From: an uncultured Bacteroidales bacterium
GTDB lineage: Bacteria; Bacteroidota; Bacteroidia; Bacteroidales; VadinHA17
Assembly: GCA_963828395.1 (NCBI GenBank)
Contig: CAWHED010000004.1
Coordinates: forward strand, 237,541 to 301,540
Length of the DNA stretch: 64,000 bases
Reading direction: 5' to 3'
In this document: in pieces, positions 38,298 to 47,265 of the stretch
Layout of the letters: each line of letters begins with the position of its first letter
Position numbering within the stretch: position 1 is the first letter of the stretch
Notes under the pieces: model-generated
Told to the model about the DNA's origin: nothing
What the model saw: only the letters and a program-made list of their open reading frames with translations
Database searches by the model: none
Position numbers and translations under genes: made by a program

Positions 38298-40733
38298 TCA
38301 TAAAGCCCCGACACAGGTAAACTTCCGGTAGATGGTCATGCCCTCGTCATCTGTCGCAGTGATAACATGCTCCCCTTCGCTTACCTGAAGCTCTGTCTGG
38401 TGGATATGTTTTGTCATCCCGGTATACCTGTTGTCAAGATGCCAGTAGATGACAGCGTTCCGTCTTCTGTGTGCTATCTCCGGAAGCATAGACATCATCT
38501 GTCCCTGCAGGTTTCGCGGGATAAAGATCCTGGCATCACGGGGAGGGTAAAGGAACTCCATTGATGGCACCTGCCTGTCGTCGATGCAGCCCGGACGGAA
38601 CGGAGGCAGTGTCCGGTAAGAGGGGTTGCGCATGCGGTAGTAATATTCCATTGCCGGGGGGAGGACGAACCATGAACGGCTGATCATCTCCCCGGGTTGT
38701 GCACAGGTGATATTGACCCTGTACCTGCCGGTGGTATCAAGATTGATCACTGTGTGGTAAGGACATGCATTGCTTCTCAGGCCGTTCTCCGGCACCCACT
38801 CTTCACGTTTCTCCGTGCAGCCGGGACCAGGCCTGTATCCGCTTGCCGCGCATACCTCTGTGAGGGTCATGCCTTCCCCGGGACGGGTGAACCATCCGTG
38901 CGGCTGCAGCAGCCGGAAGATGTCAAAGAGCACCGGTGCGGCAGATGATATACCTGAGAGACCCGGCCTGCCTTCGCCGTCAGCATTACCGGCCCATACG
39001 GCAACCACGTATTCAGGTGTCGTACCTATAGCCCATGCATCGCGATAGCCGAAGCTCGTTCCTGTCTTCCATGCTATATCAGGCATGCTGCCGAAGTACT
39101 GCCACCCGGTCTCCGTTTCGGGTCGGTTGACGCGCCGCAGAGCCTCATAGGTGAGCCAGATGGCTGGGGCAGAGAGCGTTGTCTGAGAGGAGTTAGTGAT
39201 GATGGATGAGGTCTCTGATTTGCGATTTGCTATTTGCGATTTGCGATTTAAAGTGTCAGAGCCGGCTACCGGCTTATGACTGAAGTCTCCGGACTGAGCA
39301 GGGGATCTCTCAGTTATGAGCACCGGCATGTGCCAGTCTTCAGCATGATAGTCTTTCCCGGCATTTATGTTATTCAGTACCCGCGCCATGGAGGCATAAA
39401 CCCCGGCAAGCTCCCAGAGACTTGTCTCGCCTCCGCCGAGGATGAGCGAGAGACCATAGTGTGATGCAGGCTTGTCGAAGGTGGTGAACCCTATCCTGTG
39501 CAACAGGCTAAGGAAACGCTCTTCATTCATTATCTGGAGCATGCGCACTGCCGGTATGTTCAGCGACCGTGCCAGGGCGTCGCCGGCAGGCACGGCGCCG
39601 CTGTAGGTGAAGTCGGAGTTCTCAGGACGGAACCCCGGGAAACGTGTCGGTATATCCGGAATAAGAGCATTGGGAAGTATATCACCGGCAGTGAGCAGAC
39701 CCGCATATAGGAAAGGTTTCATGATGCTGCCGGTGCTGCGGGGTGAAGGTACAATATCAACATCGCGGCCGTGCCTGCCGGCGGTGTCGGCTAAAGTGCT
39801 GTTACCGGCATAAGCCAGGACATTGCCGGTAGCAACCTCAACTATCAGTGCGGCGGCATTGTGTATGAGGTTACCCTCAAGCACTGCCTGGTGACTGTTA
39901 ACCAGAGCGGCGACCTCACTTTGCAGCATGGGATCAACAGTCGTCCGTACTCTCTTACCAGGGTAGTCAATCCATAAGCGGCTGGTGAGGTGCGGGGCAA
40001 GCGATGGCATTTGCACTGCCGCTCCCGGAAGCGGCTCACTTTCGGCAAGCGAACAGGTGAGGCTGTCGATAATACCGCGCTGAGCCAGCAGAAGCAACAA
40101 AGCGTCTCTTTTAGACTGCAAACGCTCCGAATGCCGTCCGGGATAAATAAGTGATGGTGCATTGGGAAGCACCGCCAGCGTGGCCGCCTCGGCCCAGGTC
40201 ATATCGTTGCTGCTGCGTCCGGTATAACGCCATGCAGCAGCCTCGAGGCCGACGGTGTTACCTCCGAAGGGCGCATTGGCGGCATACAGGATCAGTATTT
40301 TATTTTTTGAACGGAACAGCTCCAGCTTAAGCGCGGAGAGCATCTCAATGATCTTGCCTGAATATGTCCTGTCAGGATTGCCGCGAGCCAGTCGCGCCAC
40401 CTGCATTGTAATTGTGCTTCCTCCGCGAACTGTCTCGCCCGCCATGATATTGTCAGCCAGGGCTTTGATCACGGCTACCGGATTAACCCCGGGATGCCAC
40501 CTGAACCACCTGTCCTCATAATTTATAAGGCAGGTTACATATTTATCCGGAAGGCTGTCGGGCGGCGGGAACCTCCACTGGCCGTCGGCGGCCACTCGGG
40601 CGCCTAGCAGGGAGCCGTCGGCAGCTTCAACAACAGTCGAAAGCGGCGTATCGAATGAAGGCATCGGCGCCACAAGCACTGATAATATCAGTATCGCTGC
40701 GGCGCCGATGATTATCCTTACCCGACGTTTCAC
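38298..40733 (-). CDS. pbpC: Penicillin-binding protein 1C
   Basis: GT51 motifs are present (RFRWHPGVNP, GGSTITMQVARL), along with transpeptidase motifs SIMK and KTGTS and a C-terminal PBP1C domain. It overlaps the A2M gene by 4 nt. The linker carries a heptamer-repeat-encoded insert. Confidence 0.88.
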   Translation of the reverse strand: MKRRVRIIIGAAAILILSVLVAPMPSFDTPLSTVVEAADGSLLGARVAADGQWRFPPPDSLPDKYVTCLINYEDRWFRWHPGVNPVAVIKALADNIMAGETVRGGSTITMQVARLARGNPDRTYSGKIIEMLSALKLELFRSKNKILILYAANAPFGGNTVGLEAAAWRYTGRSSNDMTWAEAATLAVLPNAPSLIYPGRHSERLQSKRDALLLLLAQRGIIDSLTCSLAESEPLPGAAVQMPSLAPHLTSRLWIDYPGKRVRTTVDPMLQSEVAALVNSHQAVLEGNLIHNAAALIVEVATGNVLAYAGNSTLADTAGRHGRDVDIVPSPRSTGSIMKPFLYAGLLTAGDILPNALIPDIPTRFPGFRPENSDFTYSGAVPAGDALARSLNIPAVRMLQIMNEERFLSLLHRIGFTTFDKPASHYGLSLILGGGETSLWELAGVYASMARVLNNINAGKDYHAEDWHMPVLITERSPAQSGDFSHKPVAGSDTLNRKSQIANRKSETSSIITNSSQTTLSAPAIWLTYEALRRVNRPETETGWQYFGSMPDIAWKTGTSFGYRDAWAIGTTPEYVVAVWAGNADGEGRPGLSGISSAAPVLFDIFRLLQPHGWFTRPGEGMTLTEVCAASGYRPGPGCTEKREEWVPENGLRSNACPYHTVINLDTTGRYRVNITCAQPGEMISRSWFVLPPAMEYYYRMRNPSYRTLPPFRPGCIDDRQVPSMEFLYPPRDARIFIPRNLQGQMMSMLPEIAHRRRNAVIYWHLDNRYTGMTKHIHQTELQVSEGEHVITATDDEGMTIYRKFTCVGAL
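39219..39246. repeat. Four tandem TTTGCGA heptamers (one TTTGCTA variant) inside the pbpC coding sequence
   Basis: The sequence is tttgcga tttgcta tttgcga tttgcga. It is translated on the minus strand as NRKSQIANRKS. The same heptamer array occurs at 51528-51548. Confidence 0.9.
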
Positions 40734-43700
40734 TTCTGCCCGGTGACAGTCACTTCGCGGCCGGGACGACGTGCGGTGACACCCTCGTCGTACATAGCCT
40801 CACACACAACGGCAGGCATGGAATAGAATCCTCTGTAAGATGCCGTGAGGATGATGTAAAACTTCTTCGTCTCACCTCCCCTGAGGCCGAAATAGGTGTA
40901 GACACGGTCATCTCGGAAATCGCGGTAGTCATAGCCGCTCTCTTTAAGCAGCAGGTTAGCCTCAAAGAGGCGGGTATTCTGTATTTCCCATCCTGCCGGG
41001 ATCATCTGGGTCAGCGCGAGGTTATTGATCTGACGGAATGTTGTGTTTGTAACAGTCACCAGCATCATGAACCCGCTGCCCTGTGGCAGTGAGGCAACAT
41101 CGACAGGCTTCTGTTCCATATCCATGTAATCGACTTTCATTGTCAGGTTATTTTCTGTTACCGTCTGATCAGTGGTCTGCGGCACACCCTCCTCGGTGAA
41201 GGTCACAAACAACGGTTTGTCACTCTCATTCACTATTGTCAGCTTGTTCGAGGCTACGGGTTTCAGGGTGCGCATTATGCCTCCCTCTGCTGATGACAGC
41301 TGCTCCGTTTTGCCGTTGAAATCAAATGACACCTTTAAAGGTTTGCTGTTGTCACCCTTCATCGCCTTGCTGAAGTTCATGTATGAGAATAATCCCCATG
41401 CAGTTGTCTGGGTGCTGTACCACTGGTCGCGGCTCAGCGCAGTGGCTATCTCCTTCAGAAGTTCCAGTGCCTCCGTTGTATTGCCGATGGTTGTGAGGGT
41501 GTATAGTATTATCGACTGATCCCTCAGGGTGCTGCCGTAATAGTATGATGAATAATCATTATCAGGCCGAAAATTTCTGACGTCGATGAGGCTCTGTGCC
41601 ACCTCGGGACGCCCTGTGGTGGCGTAGGCTGCTGCCAGGAACCACCTTGCCAGGGAAGGCAGATCGGCTGTCTCGCGCATGCGGTTCATCGCACCCTTGT
41701 CGGGAGAGCCTGCAAGAGCAAGGGTAAAGAGCCTGTAGGCCTGATCATTGGCGGTGTACCGGTACTGAGGCTGGTATCTCCATGATGATGCCGCGGCACG
41801 CTGATAAGAAGTCCACTTACTCAGGAACCCTGCCGGCAAAGTATACCCGGCCTTCTGCGCTTCAATGGCAAAATGACCTGCATAAGATGTCACCCAGTCG
41901 TCAGGATACGAGCTGCCGGGCCACAGTACCAGAGCCCCGGAAGCTATCTGCCTTGCGGCTATACTCCGCAGGGCTTCCTGTACATTATTGCGGATAAGGG
42001 CAGGATCAGGCAGATTATTTCCAAGCAGGTCCGGAAGGTAGATCTGAGGGAAGGCGGCTGAGGTGATCTGTTCGGTGCAGCCGTGCGGGTACGAGGTGAG
42101 CCATCCCAGGCGGCGGCTCAGGTTGACCGATGGCAGGGAGAAGATCTCTGCTGTGGCTGATGAGGTGCCGGCGATGCCGAAGGGGACGAAGCTCTTTAAG
42201 AACTTCTCTCCCGGAGCAATGGTCTTTGTCTCTGACCTGCGATCAGGCGGGTTTGGAATGCGGACCTCCACCTCCATGTTATACGTGGCCGTCTCGCCGC
42301 CACCGGCAGCTGTTACCTGCATCACTGCCTTGCCCGTCTGCTGTGCCGTGGTCAGGAGCAGCTCCAGATCCTTCTCTCCCGGCTCAGTGAAGCGGACCGT
42401 ACCTGATGGCTGGGTGAATGTTATCATCTCATTGCCTGTTGCAGAGACGTTCACCTCGCTTATTTCCTTTTTCTGTGCAAAAACTGTTACGGGCAGCGCT
42501 ACCCTGTCTCCAGGCGACAGTACCCTTGGCGCAGTTGCCAGGATCATAAGCGGATCGGAGACGATGACGCTCTTCCCGGCAGAGCCGAAAGTATTTCCTT
42601 CTCCTGCCGCAGTGACCATCACCCTGACAGATCCGGTGTACTGGGGCAGCCTGATCTTATGTGTTCCGGTCTTACCCTGTTCAATGGTGAAGGGCCCCAT
42701 GAAACGCACCACAGGCACAAAACGACGTGCCCTGTTCTTGCTCTGATCAATGGCAGCCTCACTGCCGCCAATAGCGAAGATGCGACCCAGCTTTCCTCCG
42801 AATGCTCCGAAGACAATATCATAAAGATCCCATGTCTTTACTCCGAGCGCATGCTTGACGAAGAACCACTTCCACGGATCAGGTGTTTTAAACCCTGTCA
42901 GATCCAGCAGTCCCTCATCCACCACGGCAAGTGTATATGTCATTGCCTGTCTGTTCTGTTCTGTGACTTTTATCTCCACCTCCTGCTGTGACCTTATCTG
43001 GTCCGCCATGCTGATCAGGGGCACAAGTCGTGAAGAAGGATCTTCAACCGATACTGGTATGACACCGTAGAGTCTTATAGGTGCATCATTAACTGTCTGT
43101 GAGTGAGGCTGAAGCATAGTAACATAGAGATATGCATTGGGAGCCATGGCCTTTGTGGCAGTGACCTTTACCTCCGTGTTGCCCGCCACGGTATTCACCT
43201 GGGTTATGTCAAGCAGGCCTGTGCTGTTCTCAATGGTAATGATGGCGCGTCCATCTGCCGGTGATGGGAATGTAAGGCTTATCTGGTCACCCACATTATA
43301 TTTGTCCTTGTCTGTATTGACTTGAAGCAGGCTTGCACCGTCGTTTCCGCCGGGCTTCATGCCGTAATCCCACGGCCAGTCCACAAGCACAATCATCCCG
43401 GTTGAATGTCCGGAGGGCAGGGTGGCCCTGACAAGATAACGACCCCATTGCTCCTTATCTACATTGAATGAGATTTTCCCCTCCCCGCCGGATGTGGTGA
43501 CAGTCCCGTTGAAGATATTGTTGTTACGGTCACGTGTAATGTACGAACCGAGATATTCATTATCTGATTCCCACCACCAGCGATAATCGAGCTTGTAAAC
43601 ATTAATCTCCACCTCGCTTTTTACAGGCTTTCCGGTCTTATCAAGAGTAACCAGCCTCACCTCGTTGGGACGGTCAGTGAAGAGGACACGGCCCGTGGCG

Positions 43701-46288
43701 CCGAGAGCGGGGATATTCATTCCCACGAAGGCGGGATAGGGTGCGTATGGAAGCACCGTCTGGTTGATGCTGGCGTCACCACCCTTTTCAAACACCCGTG
43801 TTGTGAAGACAGCGTTGAGCATTCCCGGGGCATTGAGCTCGTCATCGGGCGTGAATGTCACAGTGGCCTCTCCCGAGCTGTTTATATTACCATCAAAGAT
43901 CGTCTGGCTCTCAAACCAGAACTGGGATGCAGGGTCATCGAAGTTGTACTGCCCGTATTTGTCAAAGGATGTCTTCACCGGCCTGAGAAGCAGATCAACA
44001 GTCGACTTCATATCTTTCGCCGTTGTCCCGTTGAGCCATGACACCTTCATGGTTCCTTTTATTATTTTGCTGTCACCTCCGGCTATGGCCGACGGGAAAT
44101 CGAGCTTTATCTTCAGCCTGTTGGGCTTGACGGTCTCTACCTTTATTGTCTTTGTGAAAGTGGCTCCTCCGATGCGCACCTGTGCCGTGTAGTTACCTGT
44201 CACCGCATCGGCAGCGGTGACGGATGTAAATGTGATGAAGCCCTTGTTGTCAAGATTAACTACCTGGTCATCGATACGCTGTCCCATGGGATTAGACAGC
44301 TCAAAATGCACCGGATGACCTGCCGGAAGAGTGCCGGCAACACTCCTGACAATAACTCCTAAAAAGACAGTGTCACCGGGACGTCTGACATCGCGCTCGG
44401 TGAAGAGAAATGCCCTGATACCGTCCTGCGGGGTCTCGCCGGCGACATCGAAAGAGCTCATTGACAAGGCCATACCATCATTGAGCGACAGGTAATTGCG
44501 GTTCTCATCCTTGCGTGCAATCACCAGGAAGGGCTTCCTGGGGCAGGAGAGCGCCGCGGTACCTGATTTATCTGTAGTGGCGGTGCCCATCCGCTGCATC
44601 TGGTAATCATATATCTCGGCCGTTGCGCCCTCGACAGGCGCTGCCGTGCGCAAATCGTTTATGAAAACACGCAGGTTGTTGTCTGTGCCGCTCTTCGCCA
44701 TGATACCCAGGTCAGAAGCAAGTATATTGCTGACAAGCTTCTTATCGGGACTGTAAAAAGCATCGCTGCAGGGATTTTCATTCTCACGCCAGTCATAGGC
44801 GTACTGATAAAACAGACCCTCTTCAGAGAGGGAGTAATAATCCTCGGAGCTTTCCCATGCCCTGTCGAGATCAGCCTGTTCAAGCATCTCCTCGTACTTT
44901 GAGGTCTTGCGGGTACCTGTACAGGGATAGAGCGAATATGACGGCCGCATCCCGAGCTCAATGCGGTAAAGGATACCCTGCTCAGGTTTGATATAATTGG
45001 CAAGATCGATGGTAAAAAGATTGTACCTGTTCGGATCGAATCCCGCACCGGTGGTGAGGTCAATACGACCACGGTAAACGGGACGCCCGAACTGTTTGAT
45101 GTTGCCGTATGCGTTGGCTTCTCCCATGCTGTTCTGCTGCAGGAAATAGGGCAGGTTATTTTCGAAGATCTTAATGACGGTGAGATCCACTGCGCTCAGG
45201 TTGGCAGCCATGAAGGGAAAGATCAGGTTACCTGAGGAAGGCATGATGACACCCTTGCCGGCAGATCTCAGTCCGGGCTCCACCGGTGTGAAGTTAATGC
45301 TCCTGGTGACGGATTCACCAAGCCTGTCGCCCCGGGTATTGCGCAAAGATCCATCGACTGTTATTTCAGTGACGCCAACGACATTATCACCGGGGATGAC
45401 AAGCAGTTTGTTGGCTTCCACACTGATGGTCAGAGGGTGAATGGGGTTCATTGTAACCACGCCCTCAAGTTCATTACCGGCGTTTAACAGATCTGAGAAG
45501 AATATCTCGATGCTTTTGCTGTCGCCGGCGTTGACCTTCACTTCGGTAACGGTGAAGACGCCTTCTGCAGGAATGGCAACACTCTGGTCGCCTTTGGTCT
45601 TGATGCCGAATTGATTACCGTTCCAGACGACTGTCAGCACGTTCTCTTCCCTGCCTCGTTGTATCTTTTCAATAGCGAAGACATGATTGTTATTGTTATC
45701 ATGATCCCAGGTGATCTTTTCACTTCGTCTGCCGGTGCTGGCCGTGAGATATTTTTCTACCTCTGACGGGTCAATGAAGTCGGATGTGACAAGCGTGCCG
45801 GTAAGGGAATATGTGCTACCGTCAGGCAGGTCACAGGTGACCGGATTAAGGGTAACGGAGAAGTTCTTCTCTATCGTACTGAAGGCCAGAGGGAAGAGGC
45901 GAAGCTGTTCTTCCACCGACCCGAGTTTGCTGAGATCGAGGGTTCCCTGGTACGAAGTCGCGGACTCCAGCGGTTTCGAAGGCTTGAAAAGGAGGGTCAT
46001 GTCATCAGCCCATTCCGTCGTTCCTTTTAATGAGGGAGTGAAGGAAAACAGACCCTGTGTTTTGGTTTTGTCAGCGGCGGCGGCAAACTCAGGCGTAAAA
46101 ACGATCTGCACCGTGCTTCCCGCCGGAACAATTCCGGAAGTGTAAGCAGCAATATATTTGCTAAATCCTTTATCTATTACAGTGACAACAGGGGTAGTGT
46201 CAGAGCCCTTCTTCTCCTGCGGGCCTCTGCCGCATGAAAGAGCAATGACGGCCATAATGGCCGTAAGTGAAAGAAGACGACGGTTCAT
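40730..46288 (-). CDS. Bacterial alpha-2-macroglobulin family lipoprotein (YfhM/ECAM-like) with a thioester motif
   Basis: The lipobox is IALSCG. The protein is 1852 aa. The thioester site is GCTEQ (SYPHGCTEQITSAAFPQ). It is paired with pbpC in the classic way. Confidence 0.88.
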   Translation of the reverse strand: MNRRLLSLTAIMAVIALSCGRGPQEKKGSDTTPVVTVIDKGFSKYIAAYTSGIVPAGSTVQIVFTPEFAAAADKTKTQGLFSFTPSLKGTTEWADDMTLLFKPSKPLESATSYQGTLDLSKLGSVEEQLRLFPLAFSTIEKNFSVTLNPVTCDLPDGSTYSLTGTLVTSDFIDPSEVEKYLTASTGRRSEKITWDHDNNNNHVFAIEKIQRGREENVLTVVWNGNQFGIKTKGDQSVAIPAEGVFTVTEVKVNAGDSKSIEIFFSDLLNAGNELEGVVTMNPIHPLTISVEANKLLVIPGDNVVGVTEITVDGSLRNTRGDRLGESVTRSINFTPVEPGLRSAGKGVIMPSSGNLIFPFMAANLSAVDLTVIKIFENNLPYFLQQNSMGEANAYGNIKQFGRPVYRGRIDLTTGAGFDPNRYNLFTIDLANYIKPEQGILYRIELGMRPSYSLYPCTGTRKTSKYEEMLEQADLDRAWESSEDYYSLSEEGLFYQYAYDWRENENPCSDAFYSPDKKLVSNILASDLGIMAKSGTDNNLRVFINDLRTAAPVEGATAEIYDYQMQRMGTATTDKSGTAALSCPRKPFLVIARKDENRNYLSLNDGMALSMSSFDVAGETPQDGIRAFLFTERDVRRPGDTVFLGVIVRSVAGTLPAGHPVHFELSNPMGQRIDDQVVNLDNKGFITFTSVTAADAVTGNYTAQVRIGGATFTKTIKVETVKPNRLKIKLDFPSAIAGGDSKIIKGTMKVSWLNGTTAKDMKSTVDLLLRPVKTSFDKYGQYNFDDPASQFWFESQTIFDGNINSSGEATVTFTPDDELNAPGMLNAVFTTRVFEKGGDASINQTVLPYAPYPAFVGMNIPALGATGRVLFTDRPNEVRLVTLDKTGKPVKSEVEINVYKLDYRWWWESDNEYLGSYITRDRNNNIFNGTVTTSGGEGKISFNVDKEQWGRYLVRATLPSGHSTGMIVLVDWPWDYGMKPGGNDGASLLQVNTDKDKYNVGDQISLTFPSPADGRAIITIENSTGLLDITQVNTVAGNTEVKVTATKAMAPNAYLYVTMLQPHSQTVNDAPIRLYGVIPVSVEDPSSRLVPLISMADQIRSQQEVEIKVTEQNRQAMTYTLAVVDEGLLDLTGFKTPDPWKWFFVKHALGVKTWDLYDIVFGAFGGKLGRIFAIGGSEAAIDQSKNRARRFVPVVRFMGPFTIEQGKTGTHKIRLPQYTGSVRVMVTAAGEGNTFGSAGKSVIVSDPLMILATAPRVLSPGDRVALPVTVFAQKKEISEVNVSATGNEMITFTQPSGTVRFTEPGEKDLELLLTTAQQTGKAVMQVTAAGGGETATYNMEVEVRIPNPPDRRSETKTIAPGEKFLKSFVPFGIAGTSSATAEIFSLPSVNLSRRLGWLTSYPHGCTEQITSAAFPQIYLPDLLGNNLPDPALIRNNVQEALRSIAARQIASGALVLWPGSSYPDDWVTSYAGHFAIEAQKAGYTLPAGFLSKWTSYQRAAASSWRYQPQYRYTANDQAYRLFTLALAGSPDKGAMNRMRETADLPSLARWFLAAAYATTGRPEVAQSLIDVRNFRPDNDYSSYYYGSTLRDQSIILYTLTTIGNTTEALELLKEIATALSRDQWYSTQTTAWGLFSYMNFSKAMKGDNSKPLKVSFDFNGKTEQLSSAEGGIMRTLKPVASNKLTIVNESDKPLFVTFTEEGVPQTTDQTVTENNLTMKVDYMDMEQKPVDVASLPQGSGFMMLVTVTNTTFRQINNLALTQMIPAGWEIQNTRLFEANLLLKESGYDYRDFRDDRVYTYFGLRGGETKKFYIILTASYRGFYSMPAVVCEAMYDEGVTARRPGREVTVTGQK

Positions 46289-46308
46289 AATATAAGTATT
46301 TGAATTTT

Positions 46309-47232
46309 TCAGACAGCAGTGATCTCGGCCCTCAGCTTCGCAATATAATCGCGTATCTCATTCAGCGTCCCCACAGTGACAGTCATCTCCGTGCCGGAAG
46401 TTGTTATGACCTGGCGCGTCGTGTCTATCCTGACGTCTCCCGGCTGATAGTAAATTTCAAACGTGTCAAACCAGCGATTGAGGTACTTCAGTTTCTTGGT
46501 GTAAAAGACCACCATCGGATCGTCATAATAATTTTTCATGAAGCTGAGCAGCGATATGAGCGAGTACTTCTGTTCGGCTATCTTGCCAACGACCTGCGGG
46601 TCGGGATTTTCAGGATCATATGCCAGCTGTGTGGCAAGGTACATCGCCTCCACCCATCCGCCCATGAGCATCAGTCCCAGGGTCCCCTCGCTTCCTTCCA
46701 GGCGCAGGTGTGTATCTATTTTTTGATAGGCATCATTCATCAGCCCGGTGAGAGTGTCGGCGTTATTGATCTCAGCGTCAAGGCTCCTGATGGCATCTGA
46801 AAGAAAGGTGTCAGGCATGTTCAGCCGTTCGCTCAGGGTCTTGATGGTGCTGAAATAATTCACTGTCTGCCTGTTGATGCCGAAGAGCTTCATGTAACCC
46901 ATGTCGACGCCATAGACCCCGAGGTTCATTGCGGCCTTGTAGCTGCTCATATAAAGATCCTGGTACTCGGTGGCCAGGATTGCCGTGTCATTGTAATGCA
47001 ACCCGAGCCTTTCAAAAATATTACACACTTCCACCGGAGTCAGCAATCCGTAATAGATCTCCCTCATCTTTGAGGTATCCTGGGGAGAGTCCGGAATGTA
47101 TGTGGAAAATACGGGGGTGGGTATATGAGTAGCCTTGTCTGCCCTCTTACATGAAGCGGAGAATATCAGCACCGCACACAACGTAATGAAAACAGGGAGG
47201 GTTTGTCTCATGGCAGCGGAATTTTTCCACAA
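46309..47232 (-). CDS. Hypothetical lipoprotein, first gene of the A2M-pbpC operon
   Basis: The lipobox is LIFSASCKR. It lies 20 nt upstream of the A2M start. I recognise no family. The true start may be Met8 (47211). Confidence 0.6.
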   Translation of the reverse strand: MWKNSAAMRQTLPVFITLCAVLIFSASCKRADKATHIPTPVFSTYIPDSPQDTSKMREIYYGLLTPVEVCNIFERLGLHYNDTAILATEYQDLYMSSYKAAMNLGVYGVDMGYMKLFGINRQTVNYFSTIKTLSERLNMPDTFLSDAIRSLDAEINNADTLTGLMNDAYQKIDTHLRLEGSEGTLGLMLMGGWVEAMYLATQLAYDPENPDPQVVGKIAEQKYSLISLLSFMKNYYDDPMVVFYTKKLKYLNRWFDTFEIYYQPGDVRIDTTRQVITTSGTEMTVTVGTLNEIRDYIAKLRAEITAV

Positions 47233-47265
47233 GTTAAGAAAAAAAAGACTTTCCGGCCAGCGCGA

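Noticed and set aside
42063-42746. A 227-aa plus-strand ORF inside the A2M gene, along with many other 60-140-aa ORFs antisense to it between 40.7 and 46.3 kb.
   Set aside because: They lie antisense within a well-supported 1852-aa gene in GC-rich sequence. Their composition is low-complexity (Ser/Pro/Arg-rich) and they have no motifs. These are typical shadow ORFs.
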